NCBI GenBank assembly: GCA_963816735.1
Contig: CAWFLY010000005.1
Coordinates: 294,539 to 358,538, forward strand
Direction of reading: 5' to 3'
DNA length: 64,000 bases
From: an uncultured Actinomycetes bacterium
Lineage (GTDB): Bacteria > Actinomycetota > Thermoleophilia > Gaiellales > Gaiellaceae
Part shown: in pieces, positions 35,865 through 45,200 of the stretch
Numbering within the stretch: position 1 is the first letter of the stretch
Layout: every line of letters starts with the position of its first letter
Notes under the pieces: model-generated
The model's database searches: none
Told to the model about the DNA's origin: nothing
Seen by the model: only the letters and a program-made list of their open reading frames with translations
Position numbers and translations under genes: made by a program

Positions 35865-36281
35865 ATGAAGAAGGCACTCATTCTCGTTATCGCGGCGCTC
35901 GCTCTTCCGACTGTCGCACTCGCGGCGAAGCCGGCGCACGGCCACGGGAAGCCGCCGATGGTGACATACGTCCTCCACGGGACGCTCTCGGCGTACACGG
36001 CGTACGACGCCTCGACGAGCACGAACGGCTCGATCACGATCCTCGTCAAGCACGCGAACAAGCACGGCTACGTGCTGAAGGGTCAGAGCCTCACGTTCGC
36101 CGTCGATGCGAAGACCAAGCTCCATCTCGCGGTCGGCCTGACGACGGTCACGGACGGCGACCGCGGCGGCATCAGCCTCCGCGCACCGCGGAAGATCGCG
36201 GCTGCCGATCTCGTCGCGACTCTGCAGTTGTCGCCCGCACGGCACATTCACGACAACGGCGTCAAGAAGCCCAAGTCGTAG
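35865..36281 (+). CDS. Secreted hypothetical protein (signal peptide MKKALILVIAALALPTVALA)
   Basis: Intact 138-aa ORF with a clear signal peptide. No family recognised. Confidence 0.55.
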   Translation: MKKALILVIAALALPTVALAAKPAHGHGKPPMVTYVLHGTLSAYTAYDASTSTNGSITILVKHANKHGYVLKGQSLTFAVDAKTKLHLAVGLTTVTDGDRGGISLRAPRKIAAADLVATLQLSPARHIHDNGVKKPKS

Positions 36282-36354
36282 CTCTTCCCTACGGGGGGAC
36301 GGTGACGGGGCGGTCGCTTAGCGGCCGCCCTGTTCATTTCTCCGCAGCCGCTGG

Positions 36355-36678
36355 TCAGCGGCGGACGACGCGCAGCATCGCCTGCATGCCGCGCTCCTTG
36401 TGGTCGGCGACCGCGCACCACAGGTGGTACTTCCCGGGCTTGAGCGCCAGCATCTTGTCGACGTAATGGCCAGGCTCGACTTTCGGGAAGTGGAAGATGT
36501 GCGTGCCGCCAACCCGCTGCAGGTCGAGGTCGTGCGTGTCCTGGCCGTGGTTGACGAGCTCGATGACGACCTTCCCGGCCTTCACCTTGCGGCGCGAGAG
36601 GATGTAGCTGTACTCCTGCGCGACGACCTGGACGCGCGCGGGTGGCGGCGGCGCCGCGTGGTGAGGCTGCGCGATCAC
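36355..36678 (-). CDS. Cupredoxin-like (type-1 copper site) protein without a recognisable signal peptide
   Basis: VKAGKVVIELVNHGQDTHDL ... KPGKYHLWCAVADHKERGMQAML supplies candidate His/Cys/His/Met ligands. The GTG start overlaps the DUF1501 stop (GTGA). Confidence 0.6.
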   Translation of the reverse strand: MIAQPHHAAPPPPARVQVVAQEYSYILSRRKVKAGKVVIELVNHGQDTHDLDLQRVGGTHIFHFPKVEPGHYVDKMLALKPGKYHLWCAVADHKERGMQAMLRVVRR

Positions 36679-38057
36679 GCGATAAGCGCCGGACGCGTGA
36701 ACGACGACGCGTTCGGGATGATTCCGGCGGGGTCGACACCGAACCACTGCTCGAGCAGCGCGGCGTAGACACCGCGGAAGTCGGCGGTCTCGATGAGATT
36801 CCCGTCGTCGTCGAGCCCCGTCTTGAGGCCGGGGAACTCGCCGACCATCGTCCCGGTGACGCGCGAGCCAATGAGGAAGCCCGTGCCGGCCGCGCCGTGG
36901 TCGGTGCCGGCGTCGCCGTTCTCCTGCGCGCGCCGCCCGAACTCTGTCCAGACGTGCACGAGCACGCGGTCGGCGAGGCCGCGCGCCTCGAGGTCGCGCT
37001 GGAACGCGAGGAGCGAATCCGAGGTCAGTTGCAACCCGTCGGTGAGCGCGCCGGCCTCGTTCGTGTGCGTGTCGTACGAGCCGGGCGCGGTCAAGGCAAC
37101 GCAATGGAGCGGCAGGCCCGATCCGAGCATCGCGGCGAGCGCGGCAAGCCGCCTCGGGAACGCGTCGTCGGAACTCGGGTACTGGACCGGGCTCGAGTAG
37201 CCCTGGAACGGAAGGAGCTGGCGCCGTAGCCGGTCGACCTGCTTCGAGACGGCGGCGGCGGTGCGCAGGCCCGGGTCCTCGTGCTGGTTCCCAAGCAGCC
37301 CGATCCCCTCGAGCATCCGCTGCTCAACCTCGCCCCAGACGCGGTTCGAGTAGAAGCTGTAGTCGTCGGGCGTCGAGATCGACGCGACCGGCATCTTCGC
37401 TGTGGCGAGCGCCGGCGCGAGCGAGTCGTCGAGCGAGAGTCCCTGCAGCGGGTTGTTCGTCTTGCCGGTCTTGTCGAGGTAGCGCCCGAGCCAGCCGGTG
37501 CGGAGATCCGCATTGGTCGCGCCAACTTCCCAGTAGTGCCGCGACGTGAAATGCGATTGGTCGGGATGCGTGTAGCCGACCGCCGGCAGGACGTTGACCT
37601 TCTTCTCGGAGTAGAGCGTCTGCAGACCGCTGAGCGCCGGATGCCAGAAGAGGCGCGCGTCCTCGGTCAGCGCGGTGCCGCCGGAGAGCGCAAGGGTCGG
37701 GCGCAGCCCCGAATACAGTGAGTCGCCCTGCGGCGACAAGACCGACAGGCCGTCGGCGCCGCCCTCGAGGAAGACGGAGACGAAAACGGGAGCGGTCGGG
37801 CCGGTGGCCGCCGCGGCGATCCCTTCCTCGAAGGCGCGCAACCCGAGCTGTGAGCCCCCGTACACCGCGAGCGCCGCGCCGAGGCCTCCGATGACGAAGC
37901 GGCGGCGCGACAGACCGGTGCCGGCCGGCAGCGGCATTCCCGGCTCGATCGCCGGCAGCCCGCGGCCCGCTTCCGCGAATGCCTTGTGGAGCATCCGCGA
38001 GCGCGAGAGGCCGTCACAGTGGACGCAGTCGTCCCTCATGCTTCCCGCTCCCGGCAC
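36675..38057 (-). CDS. DUF1501 (sulfatase-like) protein with a twin-arginine signal
   Basis: Intact 460 aa. Tat motif SRRRFVIGGLGAALAV, and TDHGAAGTGFLIGSRVTG typical of DUF1501. Confidence 0.8.
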   Translation of the reverse strand: MPGAGSMRDDCVHCDGLSRSRMLHKAFAEAGRGLPAIEPGMPLPAGTGLSRRRFVIGGLGAALAVYGGSQLGLRAFEEGIAAAATGPTAPVFVSVFLEGGADGLSVLSPQGDSLYSGLRPTLALSGGTALTEDARLFWHPALSGLQTLYSEKKVNVLPAVGYTHPDQSHFTSRHYWEVGATNADLRTGWLGRYLDKTGKTNNPLQGLSLDDSLAPALATAKMPVASISTPDDYSFYSNRVWGEVEQRMLEGIGLLGNQHEDPGLRTAAAVSKQVDRLRRQLLPFQGYSSPVQYPSSDDAFPRRLAALAAMLGSGLPLHCVALTAPGSYDTHTNEAGALTDGLQLTSDSLLAFQRDLEARGLADRVLVHVWTEFGRRAQENGDAGTDHGAAGTGFLIGSRVTGTMVGEFPGLKTGLDDDGNLIETADFRGVYAALLEQWFGVDPAGIIPNASSFTRPALIA

Positions 38058-38106
38058 CGGCCAAGCCGGCGCCTCCGCTCATTGATGAGCTCCGTCAAGC
38101 CTGCGC

Positions 38107-39438
38107 TCATGCGGCCTGCAACTCCGGCGAGACGGCGATCAGGTGACGAAGCGCGTTGTCGACCATCGGCGGGTACTGCTGCTTCTTCCAGTCGGCGCCG
38201 GCGTCGCCGAGCGCGCGGTGCGCGAACGTCTGCAGCGCCTGGTGCGTCGTCTTCCCGAGCGGCGGCTCGTGCCAGAAGTCAAGCGCGTTCTTGAGGAGCT
38301 TCTTCGCGTTGTCCGGCTTGCCCGCCTTCTCGGGATCGAGCGCATACGGATCGAGCGCCGCCTGCGCGATCCACCACCGGCCGCGCCACGTCGCCGTGTC
38401 AAGCCAGCGCGTGTCGTCCCAGCCGGCGACGTTCGGCGGGTAGAAGAGCTGCTGCCCCGCCATCGAGTCGAGCCAGACCCAGCTGGTCGTGTCGATCCCG
38501 CGGCGGATGCGCCGCAGGAGGCCCGCGTTGTAGAGGACCGGCGACTTGACGAGCCGCGGCCCGTTGTAGAGCTGCGGGTGCTTGAGGATCGCCTCGACGA
38601 CGGGCCGAATCGCGTAGCCCGACGAGATGTAGAGCTTCCGCAACTCGCGTGCCGTTGCGTTGTCGGGCGGCACCGGCACGAAGTAGCTCCAGAGCTTCTC
38701 GACGAAATAGCCCGCGTGCGCGGGATGCGCGACGCAGAGCCGGCACGAGTCCTTCCACATGAAGTGGCCTTTGAGACCGAAGATCGTCTTGACGCCCGTG
38801 TCGTGGTACGAGGCGTCGTAGCGGAAGTTCGCCGGGCCGCTGTCCGTCCAGTCGTACCGCCACCCGGTGAGCGCCCGCGCCTGCTGGCGCACGTCGTCCT
38901 CGGTGTACCCGCTGCCGTGCCCGAGCGTGAAGAGCTCCATCATCTCGCGGCCGTAGTTCTCGTTCGGCGAGTCCTTTGAGTTGTCGCCGCCATTGAGCCA
39001 GAGGAGCATGGCGGGGTTGCAGGTCACGTCGACCAGGAGGTCGTGGAACGAACCGAGTCCCTTCTTCCGGAAGAGGTCGTTCTGGTTGAGCATGAGCCGC
39101 TGGGAATTGACGCCGGCGTTGGACGTCGCGAACCAGTCGTGCCAGATGAGCGCCATCCGCTCGACGAGCGGGCGAGACGTGCGGACCATCCGGTCGAGCC
39201 ACCAGAGGTGGTCATGTCCCCACGCGTCGTACGGAGCGAGCGGCAGCCCGTTGTCGTCGTGCGGCGCGCGCCCGACGAGCTTTTCGTGGTGGGGATGGGT
39301 CAGCGAGTGGACCGCGCCGTTCAGTCCGAGCTTGGCGAGCGCTTCCGCTTCCCCGGGCCGCGGGCCGAACCCAGCACGCCAGAGGAGCCGCTCTGCCTCT
39401 GCGGCTCGGAACTTCCCTTTCCAGACGGCGACTCCCAC
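38107..39438 (-). CDS. DUF1800 protein
   Basis: Intact 443 aa. ERLLWRAGFGPRPGE, MALIWHDWFATS, NENYGREMMELFTLG and the usual pairing with DUF1501. Confidence 0.8.
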   Translation of the reverse strand: MGVAVWKGKFRAAEAERLLWRAGFGPRPGEAEALAKLGLNGAVHSLTHPHHEKLVGRAPHDDNGLPLAPYDAWGHDHLWWLDRMVRTSRPLVERMALIWHDWFATSNAGVNSQRLMLNQNDLFRKKGLGSFHDLLVDVTCNPAMLLWLNGGDNSKDSPNENYGREMMELFTLGHGSGYTEDDVRQQARALTGWRYDWTDSGPANFRYDASYHDTGVKTIFGLKGHFMWKDSCRLCVAHPAHAGYFVEKLWSYFVPVPPDNATARELRKLYISSGYAIRPVVEAILKHPQLYNGPRLVKSPVLYNAGLLRRIRRGIDTTSWVWLDSMAGQQLFYPPNVAGWDDTRWLDTATWRGRWWIAQAALDPYALDPEKAGKPDNAKKLLKNALDFWHEPPLGKTTHQALQTFAHRALGDAGADWKKQQYPPMVDNALRHLIAVSPELQAA

Positions 39439-39606
39439 TTACCGACGCTATCGACGCGGGCTGACGTCGCCCTTGATCCCCTTCGGGGGATTCCAGCCGA
39501 CTGTGTCTCTAGGTTGGGTCTCTAACTTGCAACCCAGCCCAGCGTCGAAATGGACAACACGGAAGATCGCGACGCAAACGCCGGCCCACACTGGCAGTCG
39601 CGTACC

Positions 39607-39643
39607 GAAGCCCCTGGCAACGCAGAGGATCCCCAGGGGCTTC
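39607..39643 (-). terminator. Hairpin after the cupin gene (11-bp perfect stem GAAGCCCCTGG/CCAGGGGCTTC, 15-nt loop)
   Basis: Read directly, 19 nt downstream of the cupin stop on the minus strand. Confidence 0.45.
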
Positions 39644-39661
39644 GACCTCTCTCCGCGAGGA

Positions 39662-40129
39662 TCACGAGGCGGCAGGTGTGAGCCCGTGGCGGTGCATCAC
39701 GTCAGCGATTGCCGCCAGGTCGGGCGGGCCGGTGGTGGCCGCGTCGACGATCGCACCGACCTCGCGGAAGTAATCGGGGCCGAGGATGCCCGGGGTGACG
39801 ATCGCGAGCGCCTTGGCGTCGACGTCCCCGGTGTTGGCGAAGTGGTGGACTGCGCCGCGTGGAATGCAGATGACTTCGCCGGGGCCGACTTCGTGAGACT
39901 CGCCCTCGATCGTCCACACGAGCGTCCCCTCGAGGCCGTAGATCGTCTCCTCATAGCCGTCGTGGCTGTGCGGCGCCGCGATCCTCGAACCGGCGGGGAC
40001 GTCGAACTCGAACATCGCCACCGATCCGTCCGACTGCTCGCCCTCGAGCAGGAACCGGATGGTCATCTCTCCCACTTTGATCTCCTCGCGCGTGTTCTCC
40101 GTTATCACCTTGCGCCTCCTTGCTGTCAT
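39662..40129 (-). CDS. Cupin domain protein
   Basis: FEFDVPAGSRIAAPHSHDGYEETIYGLEGTL, GEVICIPRGAVHHF. ATG 40129 was chosen because the longer ORF would overlap the marR start. Confidence 0.7.
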   Translation of the reverse strand: MTARRRKVITENTREEIKVGEMTIRFLLEGEQSDGSVAMFEFDVPAGSRIAAPHSHDGYEETIYGLEGTLVWTIEGESHEVGPGEVICIPRGAVHHFANTGDVDAKALAIVTPGILGPDYFREVGAIVDAATTGPPDLAAIADVMHRHGLTPAAS

Positions 40130-40151
40130 TGGTAAAGTAACTTGACAATAC

Positions 40152-40631
40152 ATGGCAGCCCCACGTAAGTCAAGTCGCTTTACAACACCCCCAAGTGGCG
40201 GAACCGAGCCACTCGGCCCGCCGCTGATTGGAGCCCTGCTTCGCATGCCGTGGGAGGCCGTGCAGGAACGGATGCTCGGACGGCTCCAGACTCAGGGGTT
40301 CGCCGACTTCGACGCCGCCTACCTGACGGTCTTCCAGTACCCCGGCCCGCAAGGGCAAAGACCGGCAGAGCTCGCCGGCCGGCTGCGCATCAGCAAGCAG
40401 GCACTCAACCACCTGCTGGGACAGCTTGAACGGCGCGGCTACCTCACACGGGAAGCCGACCCAACCGACGGACGCTCCAAGCGCATCCGCCTCACGGCGC
40501 GCGGAACCAACGCTGGTCTTGTCATCCGCGAGGCGGTCACCGAAATGGAAGACGCCTGGGCGCAACAGCTCGGCCCCGAGCGCTTTACCCAGCTCCGCAC
40601 CCTCCTCCAGGAGCTCGACCGCGTCGAGTAG
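40152..40631 (+). CDS. MarR family transcriptional regulator
   Basis: Intact 159 aa. Winged helix LAGRLRISKQALNHLLGQLERRGYLTREADPTDGRSKRIRLT. Divergent from the cupin gene, with only 22 bp between the starts. Confidence 0.85.
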   Translation: MAAPRKSSRFTTPPSGGTEPLGPPLIGALLRMPWEAVQERMLGRLQTQGFADFDAAYLTVFQYPGPQGQRPAELAGRLRISKQALNHLLGQLERRGYLTREADPTDGRSKRIRLTARGTNAGLVIREAVTEMEDAWAQQLGPERFTQLRTLLQELDRVE

Positions 40632-40635
40632 CAGT

Positions 40636-40678
40636 GCCCCCGGCATGAGTCGAACATGCGCACGCGGATCAGGAAACG
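40636..40678. repeat. 43-bp copy of the 3' half of tRNA-Arg(CCU) (att-like direct repeat)
   Basis: tgcccccggcatgaGtcgaacatgcgcacgcggAtCaggaaac matches 53873-53915 at 40 of 43 positions in the same orientation. Confidence 0.85.
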
Positions 40679-41616
40679 GCGTGGTCGTTGGCTTGGGACT
40701 CGAGGAGGTCGCGCCGTTGCGCGAGCGCCGGTGACAGCGCCGCAGCAAGGATCAGGACGGTGCCGATCAGGATGATCCAGAAGAAGATCGCGATGACGAT
40801 CCCGAACGCGCCGTAGGTCGTCGAGTACCAGTTCAGCCAGTGGGTGAGCAAGAGCACGGAGATCAGCCGCAGGGCCACGAGGCAAAGCACGGTGAAGACG
40901 GCGCCGGGGACGAGGTTGCGTGTCGAGACGCGGTGATGGAGCAAGATCCGCGGCGCCCAGACAAAGAAGCCGAACAAGAGCGCCAGCCAGCCGAGATCAA
41001 GGACCCAGCCGAGCCAGGACGGCTCCCCTCTGAGAGCCCTTCCCTCGACTATGACGAGCGCCGCACCGAGGACGAGGGCCGAGAGGACCTCGACATACCG
41101 GGCCTGATCCGCGAGCACCGACTTGCCCAGGTCGATCCCCCAGGAGCGGGCGTGCACGATCTGCAACACACGGGGGAACCCGAGCCCGAAGAAGAAGAGG
41201 TCGACGATCGCAATCATGACCGCGGAGAACTTGTGCTCCCCGGTGCCGACCATCACCGACGAGAACAGCTGGGCGGTCGTTCCCTTCAGTCCGAGGCGGT
41301 GCTCGATCCGGTCGGCAAGAGCAGTCGGATCCTTGTACGAGTAGCTCGCAACGACGAGGAACACCGGCAGGAGCGTCAGGAGCAGGTATGCGCTCAGGAG
41401 GACGGCGAACAGCTGCCCGTTGGAAGCCTGGTAGCGGCGCACCCAGCCGATCGTGGCGCCCTTGCGTGAATCCGGCGGCTGGTTCTCGATCCAGAGACGG
41501 CCCCGCTCGGCAACCGCAGCACCTTTCGCGGCGGCCTTCTGCGCCCGAGCCGGGACGCGCGAGGGACGGGGCGACCCGCCGCCTCCCGGTGCCGGCTCAG
41601 TCGGCGCGCCGCTCAT
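40669..41616 (-). CDS. YihY/BrkB family membrane protein (paralog 1)
   Basis: Intact 315 aa, multi-TM, YGAFGIVIAIFFWIILIGTVLILAAAL. Its stop lies inside the att-like repeat. Confidence 0.75.
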   Translation of the reverse strand: MSGAPTEPAPGGGGSPRPSRVPARAQKAAAKGAAVAERGRLWIENQPPDSRKGATIGWVRRYQASNGQLFAVLLSAYLLLTLLPVFLVVASYSYKDPTALADRIEHRLGLKGTTAQLFSSVMVGTGEHKFSAVMIAIVDLFFFGLGFPRVLQIVHARSWGIDLGKSVLADQARYVEVLSALVLGAALVIVEGRALRGEPSWLGWVLDLGWLALLFGFFVWAPRILLHHRVSTRNLVPGAVFTVLCLVALRLISVLLLTHWLNWYSTTYGAFGIVIAIFFWIILIGTVLILAAALSPALAQRRDLLESQANDHAVS

Positions 41617-43108
41617 TCCCGCACGCTAATCGCAGTCCCGACGAAGCCGGAGCTAGACGCCCGTCTCGGCCGTGATCTTCCCGCTCTTTGACGGCCTTGC
41701 TGAACGTGTCGTAGTCGCGTTCGTTTTGGTCCGCGTAGGACTCGGCGAAGAGGGCGAGGGCACGGTCGAAGGTGTCGTTGGTGCCGAGGTAGCTCGCAAT
41801 CGCGATCGCATCTCCGGCGCGGGCGTGGGCGCGTGCGAGCTCGGAGGCGCACGCCTTTGCGTAGAAGGACATGATCGTGGGCTCCATCAGCTCGACAAGT
41901 GCGCTGCCTTTCTCGTCCCAGAGCTGACGGAGGTAGAAGTCGCGTTTGACGCCGTCGATGCCTTCGACCTTGACGTAGCCGAGCATGATGTCGCTCGCCG
42001 CCTGGGTGAGACGCTGGCCTTCGACGACGCGCTGGCCGTGGTTTGCGTAACTGCTCTTGCCGAGGAACCGCTCGAGCACCGACGCTTCTGCCTCCTTGAT
42101 CTGAAGGAAGAGCGGATCGTTGTCGTCGCGGCCGAGCAGGAGCATGATGTACGCCCTGGTGCCGACGCTGCCGACGCCGACGACCTTCCGAGCGGCGTGC
42201 ACGTAGCGGTACCGCTCGAGCAGCGTGCGGCGGTCGCCGGAGAGCGTGCGCCGGTAGGAGCGCAAGGCGCCGTGCAGGAAGTCGTCGAACTCGTGCGCGC
42301 GGTCGGCGGGGAAGAGATCCCCGATCGGAATCACGGTGGGAGGGTCAGCGGTGATGCGCCGCTCGCCGTCGACGATCTCGGTCAGCTTCGCGAACGCTTT
42401 GAGGCTGGTTTTTGTCCGCGTCTTCGCCACGTTCTGCTCTGCCCGCTTGCGCTCCTTTGACGTCGCGATCAGCTGCCCGCTGGCCATCAGATCCTCTACG
42501 TCGAGGCGCACGTACCAGAGGTTGAGGTTGCCCGTCGCGGCATAGCCGCTCATTGCCTCCCGGTACGCCTTTCCGACCGCGAGGTTGACGGCTGCCCGCT
42601 GCTTGTCGTCGAACCCACGGTCGCGCCCGGCGACGGCGAAACTCGCGGCGAGACGCTTCACGTCCCACTCGAACGGGCCTGGCAGCGTTTCGTCGAAATC
42701 GTTGACGCTGAACACCAGCCGACGATCCGGCGCCGCGAACGCACCGAAGTTCGACAAATGCGCGTCACCGCACAACTGCGTTTGCAGCCCCGTCCTCGCC
42801 GACGCCGCGAGATCAGCCGCCATCACGAGCGCCGCGCCCCGATAGAACGTGAACGGGGACACCAACATCCGCCCGTAGCGAATCGGCACCAGCTCCGGCA
42901 CCCGCGTCTTTGCCTGCTCCTCCAGCAACTCGACCGGGCTTACACGATCCGCCGACGGCTCCCACGCACCATGCGCGGAACGCGGAACCTCGGCCCGCGC
43001 CGCCTTCCCGCGCGCGACCCGCTCCTCCACGGTGAAATGCTCGACCCGCCCGGCCTTGCTCGACCGCGCGCTCACCTCATCAGTTGCAGTAGTGCCATCG
43101 GCGCTCAT
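41597..43108 (-). CDS. DUF2252 protein
   Basis: Intact 503 aa: LVPIRYGRMLVSPFTFYRGAA, GDAHLSNFG and VFSVNDFDE. 20-nt overlap with the downstream gene. Confidence 0.75.
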   Translation of the reverse strand: MSADGTTATDEVSARSSKAGRVEHFTVEERVARGKAARAEVPRSAHGAWEPSADRVSPVELLEEQAKTRVPELVPIRYGRMLVSPFTFYRGAALVMAADLAASARTGLQTQLCGDAHLSNFGAFAAPDRRLVFSVNDFDETLPGPFEWDVKRLAASFAVAGRDRGFDDKQRAAVNLAVGKAYREAMSGYAATGNLNLWYVRLDVEDLMASGQLIATSKERKRAEQNVAKTRTKTSLKAFAKLTEIVDGERRITADPPTVIPIGDLFPADRAHEFDDFLHGALRSYRRTLSGDRRTLLERYRYVHAARKVVGVGSVGTRAYIMLLLGRDDNDPLFLQIKEAEASVLERFLGKSSYANHGQRVVEGQRLTQAASDIMLGYVKVEGIDGVKRDFYLRQLWDEKGSALVELMEPTIMSFYAKACASELARAHARAGDAIAIASYLGTNDTFDRALALFAESYADQNERDYDTFSKAVKEREDHGRDGRLAPASSGLRLACGNERRAD

Positions 43109-43138
43109 TCAGTTGCCTCCCTCCGTCGCTTCGCCAGC

Positions 43139-43378
43139 TCAGGCCATCGCCTCGTCGGCCATCGGCGGCCGCGTGACCATGTAAGCGATCGCACCGATTA
43201 GCGGCACGAACATGATGAAAAGCAGCCACCCGGCTTTCGCCCAGCCACTGTGGTCGTGGCGCCTGAAGTTGTCGATCAAGATGAAGATCACGAAACCAAC
43301 CCAGATCACGAGTAGGAAGAAGATGAACATCGACCACATGATGTTCAAGAACGGATAGCTGCTGGCAAGAAGAGTCAT
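43139..43378 (-). CDS. PLDc_N domain small membrane protein
   Basis: Intact 79 aa with two TM helices, GWAKAGWLLFIMFVPLIGAIAYMV. Visibly AT-richer than its neighbours. Confidence 0.65.
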   Translation of the reverse strand: MTLLASSYPFLNIMWSMFIFFLLVIWVGFVIFILIDNFRRHDHSGWAKAGWLLFIMFVPLIGAIAYMVTRPPMADEAMA

Positions 43379-43412
43379 AGTCGAGCCTCTCTTTCTCTCG
43401 GATGGATGTCAG

Positions 43413-43443
43413 CTCCCTGTCCCCGTCGCACGGGGACAGGGAG
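43413..43443 (-). terminator. Hairpin after the DUF1269 gene (13-bp perfect stem CTCCCTGTCCCCG/CGGGGACAGGGAG, 5-nt loop)
   Basis: Read directly, 10 nt downstream of the stop at 43453. Confidence 0.5.
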
Positions 43444-43452
43444 CGCTGATTC

Positions 43453-43968
43453 CTAGCTCGCGACCGGTGCGGGTGCTGCGGCCTCGGCCTGCTTGACGCT
43501 GTCACTGTCGACCTCGTGCTTCGAGACCTTGTCGGCCTTCGGCAGCGCCTTCTCGATGTCGGCGGCCGAGCCCTCCTCGAACAACGCCACGATGGCGGAG
43601 CTTCCGGGCGGAACATCGTCCGCGACCTCGGCCTTGATCTCCTTCTTCTCGTGATGCGAGACGAGACCGCCGGTGGCGGCGCCGATGCCGGCGCCTACGG
43701 CTCCCGCTGCGAGGAACGCCGGCGGGAAGATCAGACCGATGAGCAGGCCGCCGGCGGCGCCGATGGCCGTGCCGACGCCGACCGTGTGGGCGGTGTCCTT
43801 CTCGTGGATCTTCCCGTCGGTGTCGCGGCTGACGAGCACGAGGCCGTCGACCGCGATCGTCCTGTCCTTCGCCAACTCCTTGATGTCGTCCCAGTCGGCC
43901 TGGGCGGCGTCCGGGTCGGCGTACGCGGCGATGTACAGAAAAGTGGGGGTGTCGCTGTCAGATCCCAT
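43453..43968 (-). CDS. DUF1269-like membrane protein (glycine-zipper)
   Basis: FLYIAAYADPDAAQADWDDI, DGLVLVSRDTDGKIH, a Gly-zipper GVGTAIGAAGGLLIG...GAVGAGIGAATGG, and SSAIVALFE. ATG 43968 has a GAGGAG SD. Confidence 0.65.
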   Translation of the reverse strand: MGSDSDTPTFLYIAAYADPDAAQADWDDIKELAKDRTIAVDGLVLVSRDTDGKIHEKDTAHTVGVGTAIGAAGGLLIGLIFPPAFLAAGAVGAGIGAATGGLVSHHEKKEIKAEVADDVPPGSSAIVALFEEGSAADIEKALPKADKVSKHEVDSDSVKQAEAAAPAPVAS

Positions 43969-44116
43969 GGGATCTCCTCTCGGTTGTAGTCCCTCTCCCC
44001 GAAACGTCTCACCTTCTGGGCCGTGGTTTGCGGGAACGAGGGTCAATCACCCTGGTGATTCCGATTTCCCCGCCGTGCCGGTACCCGCGGCCGTGTGAAA
44101 GGCTCCGAGCTGACTC

Positions 44117-45175
44117 ATGAGCCAACCCACGAAGATGTTTTCGGTCAATCGGAAGGCATTCAGTCTTCCCGCCGGCGTGGCCATCGGCGGAATCCTGCTG
44201 CTGATCTGGTTCGCCATCGCCGAGCTCGACCAACAGAAGTACGTCGTCAGCGTCATCTTCGCCGTCCTGACGACGGCCCTGAGCGACCCGGGCGGTGGAT
44301 ACCCGAAGCGGGCGCTGAGCATGGGTGCCTTCGGCCTCGGCGGTGCGGCGGTGACCGCCGTGGCGTTCTCCGTCGGAACTCACGCCTGGGGACTCGTGGT
44401 GCTCGCCCTCTTCGTGGTCACGTTGTCGGCCGGGTTGGCGGTGAAGTTCGGACTGCATCGATTCAGCGTGGGGTTATTGCTCAACATCTGGTTCGTCGTC
44501 GCTGTCTTCCTGCCGGTCAGTTACCGCGCCGCTCACGTCAAGACCACCGGCTGGGACCAGGCGCTGGCATGGCTGATCGGATCGGCATCGTGGATCGCGT
44601 TGATGGGCATCGTGTGGTTGCTGAGCAGGTGCAAATGGAAGCCGCGTCCGGTCATCGACCTCCCCGGTGAGCCCTTCGCCCCGGTCAAGCTCAGCCGACC
44701 CGTGGTGCTCTTCGCCCTCATCCGGGCCCTGGCCCTCGCAGCATCCGCCGCCATCGCCTACGGGTTCCACGAACCGAACGCAGATTGGATGGTGATCGCC
44801 ACCTTGATCGCGATGAAGCCGAGCCTCGAGCAGTCGAGGCTGGTGGGCCGTCAGCGCGTGATCGGCGCGGCCATGGGCGCGCTCGTGGCCATACCGATCT
44901 TGCTGGCAGTCCACGACAAGGACGCCTTGGTCGTGATCATCATCCTCCTGGCCGCGCTCGGGGCGTCCATCCACGGCGTGAACTACGCCTACTACACGGC
45001 TGCCATCGCCAGTGCGGCGCTCATCGCCGCAGACCTGCCACACCCCACCAACTATGCGGCCGAGGGTCGCCGGGTGCTCTTCACGTTCATCGGCGTGGGG
45101 ATCGCCGTGGTGGTCATGTTCATTGCGGACCGGATGAAAGAACGTTCGGCAACGGCCGCGCCGGCACCCGCGTGA
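44117..45175 (+). CDS. FUSC-like (aromatic acid exporter family) membrane protein
   Basis: Intact 352 aa, multi-TM, WMVIATLIAMKPSLEQSRLVGRQRVIGAAMGALVA. Confidence 0.6.
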   Translation: MSQPTKMFSVNRKAFSLPAGVAIGGILLLIWFAIAELDQQKYVVSVIFAVLTTALSDPGGGYPKRALSMGAFGLGGAAVTAVAFSVGTHAWGLVVLALFVVTLSAGLAVKFGLHRFSVGLLLNIWFVVAVFLPVSYRAAHVKTTGWDQALAWLIGSASWIALMGIVWLLSRCKWKPRPVIDLPGEPFAPVKLSRPVVLFALIRALALAASAAIAYGFHEPNADWMVIATLIAMKPSLEQSRLVGRQRVIGAAMGALVAIPILLAVHDKDALVVIIILLAALGASIHGVNYAYYTAAIASAALIAADLPHPTNYAAEGRRVLFTFIGVGIAVVVMFIADRMKERSATAAPAPA

Positions 45176-45200
45176 GTCTCAGGCGCGGTGTTCTCTAGCG

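Noticed and set aside
40130-40151. A MarR operator in the 22-bp cupin-marR spacer (TGTCA…TGACA and AAGT-A-ACTT symmetries around 40121-40147).
   Set aside because: The arms are only 4-5 bp, which is plausible but not distinguishable from chance without binding data or comparative evidence.
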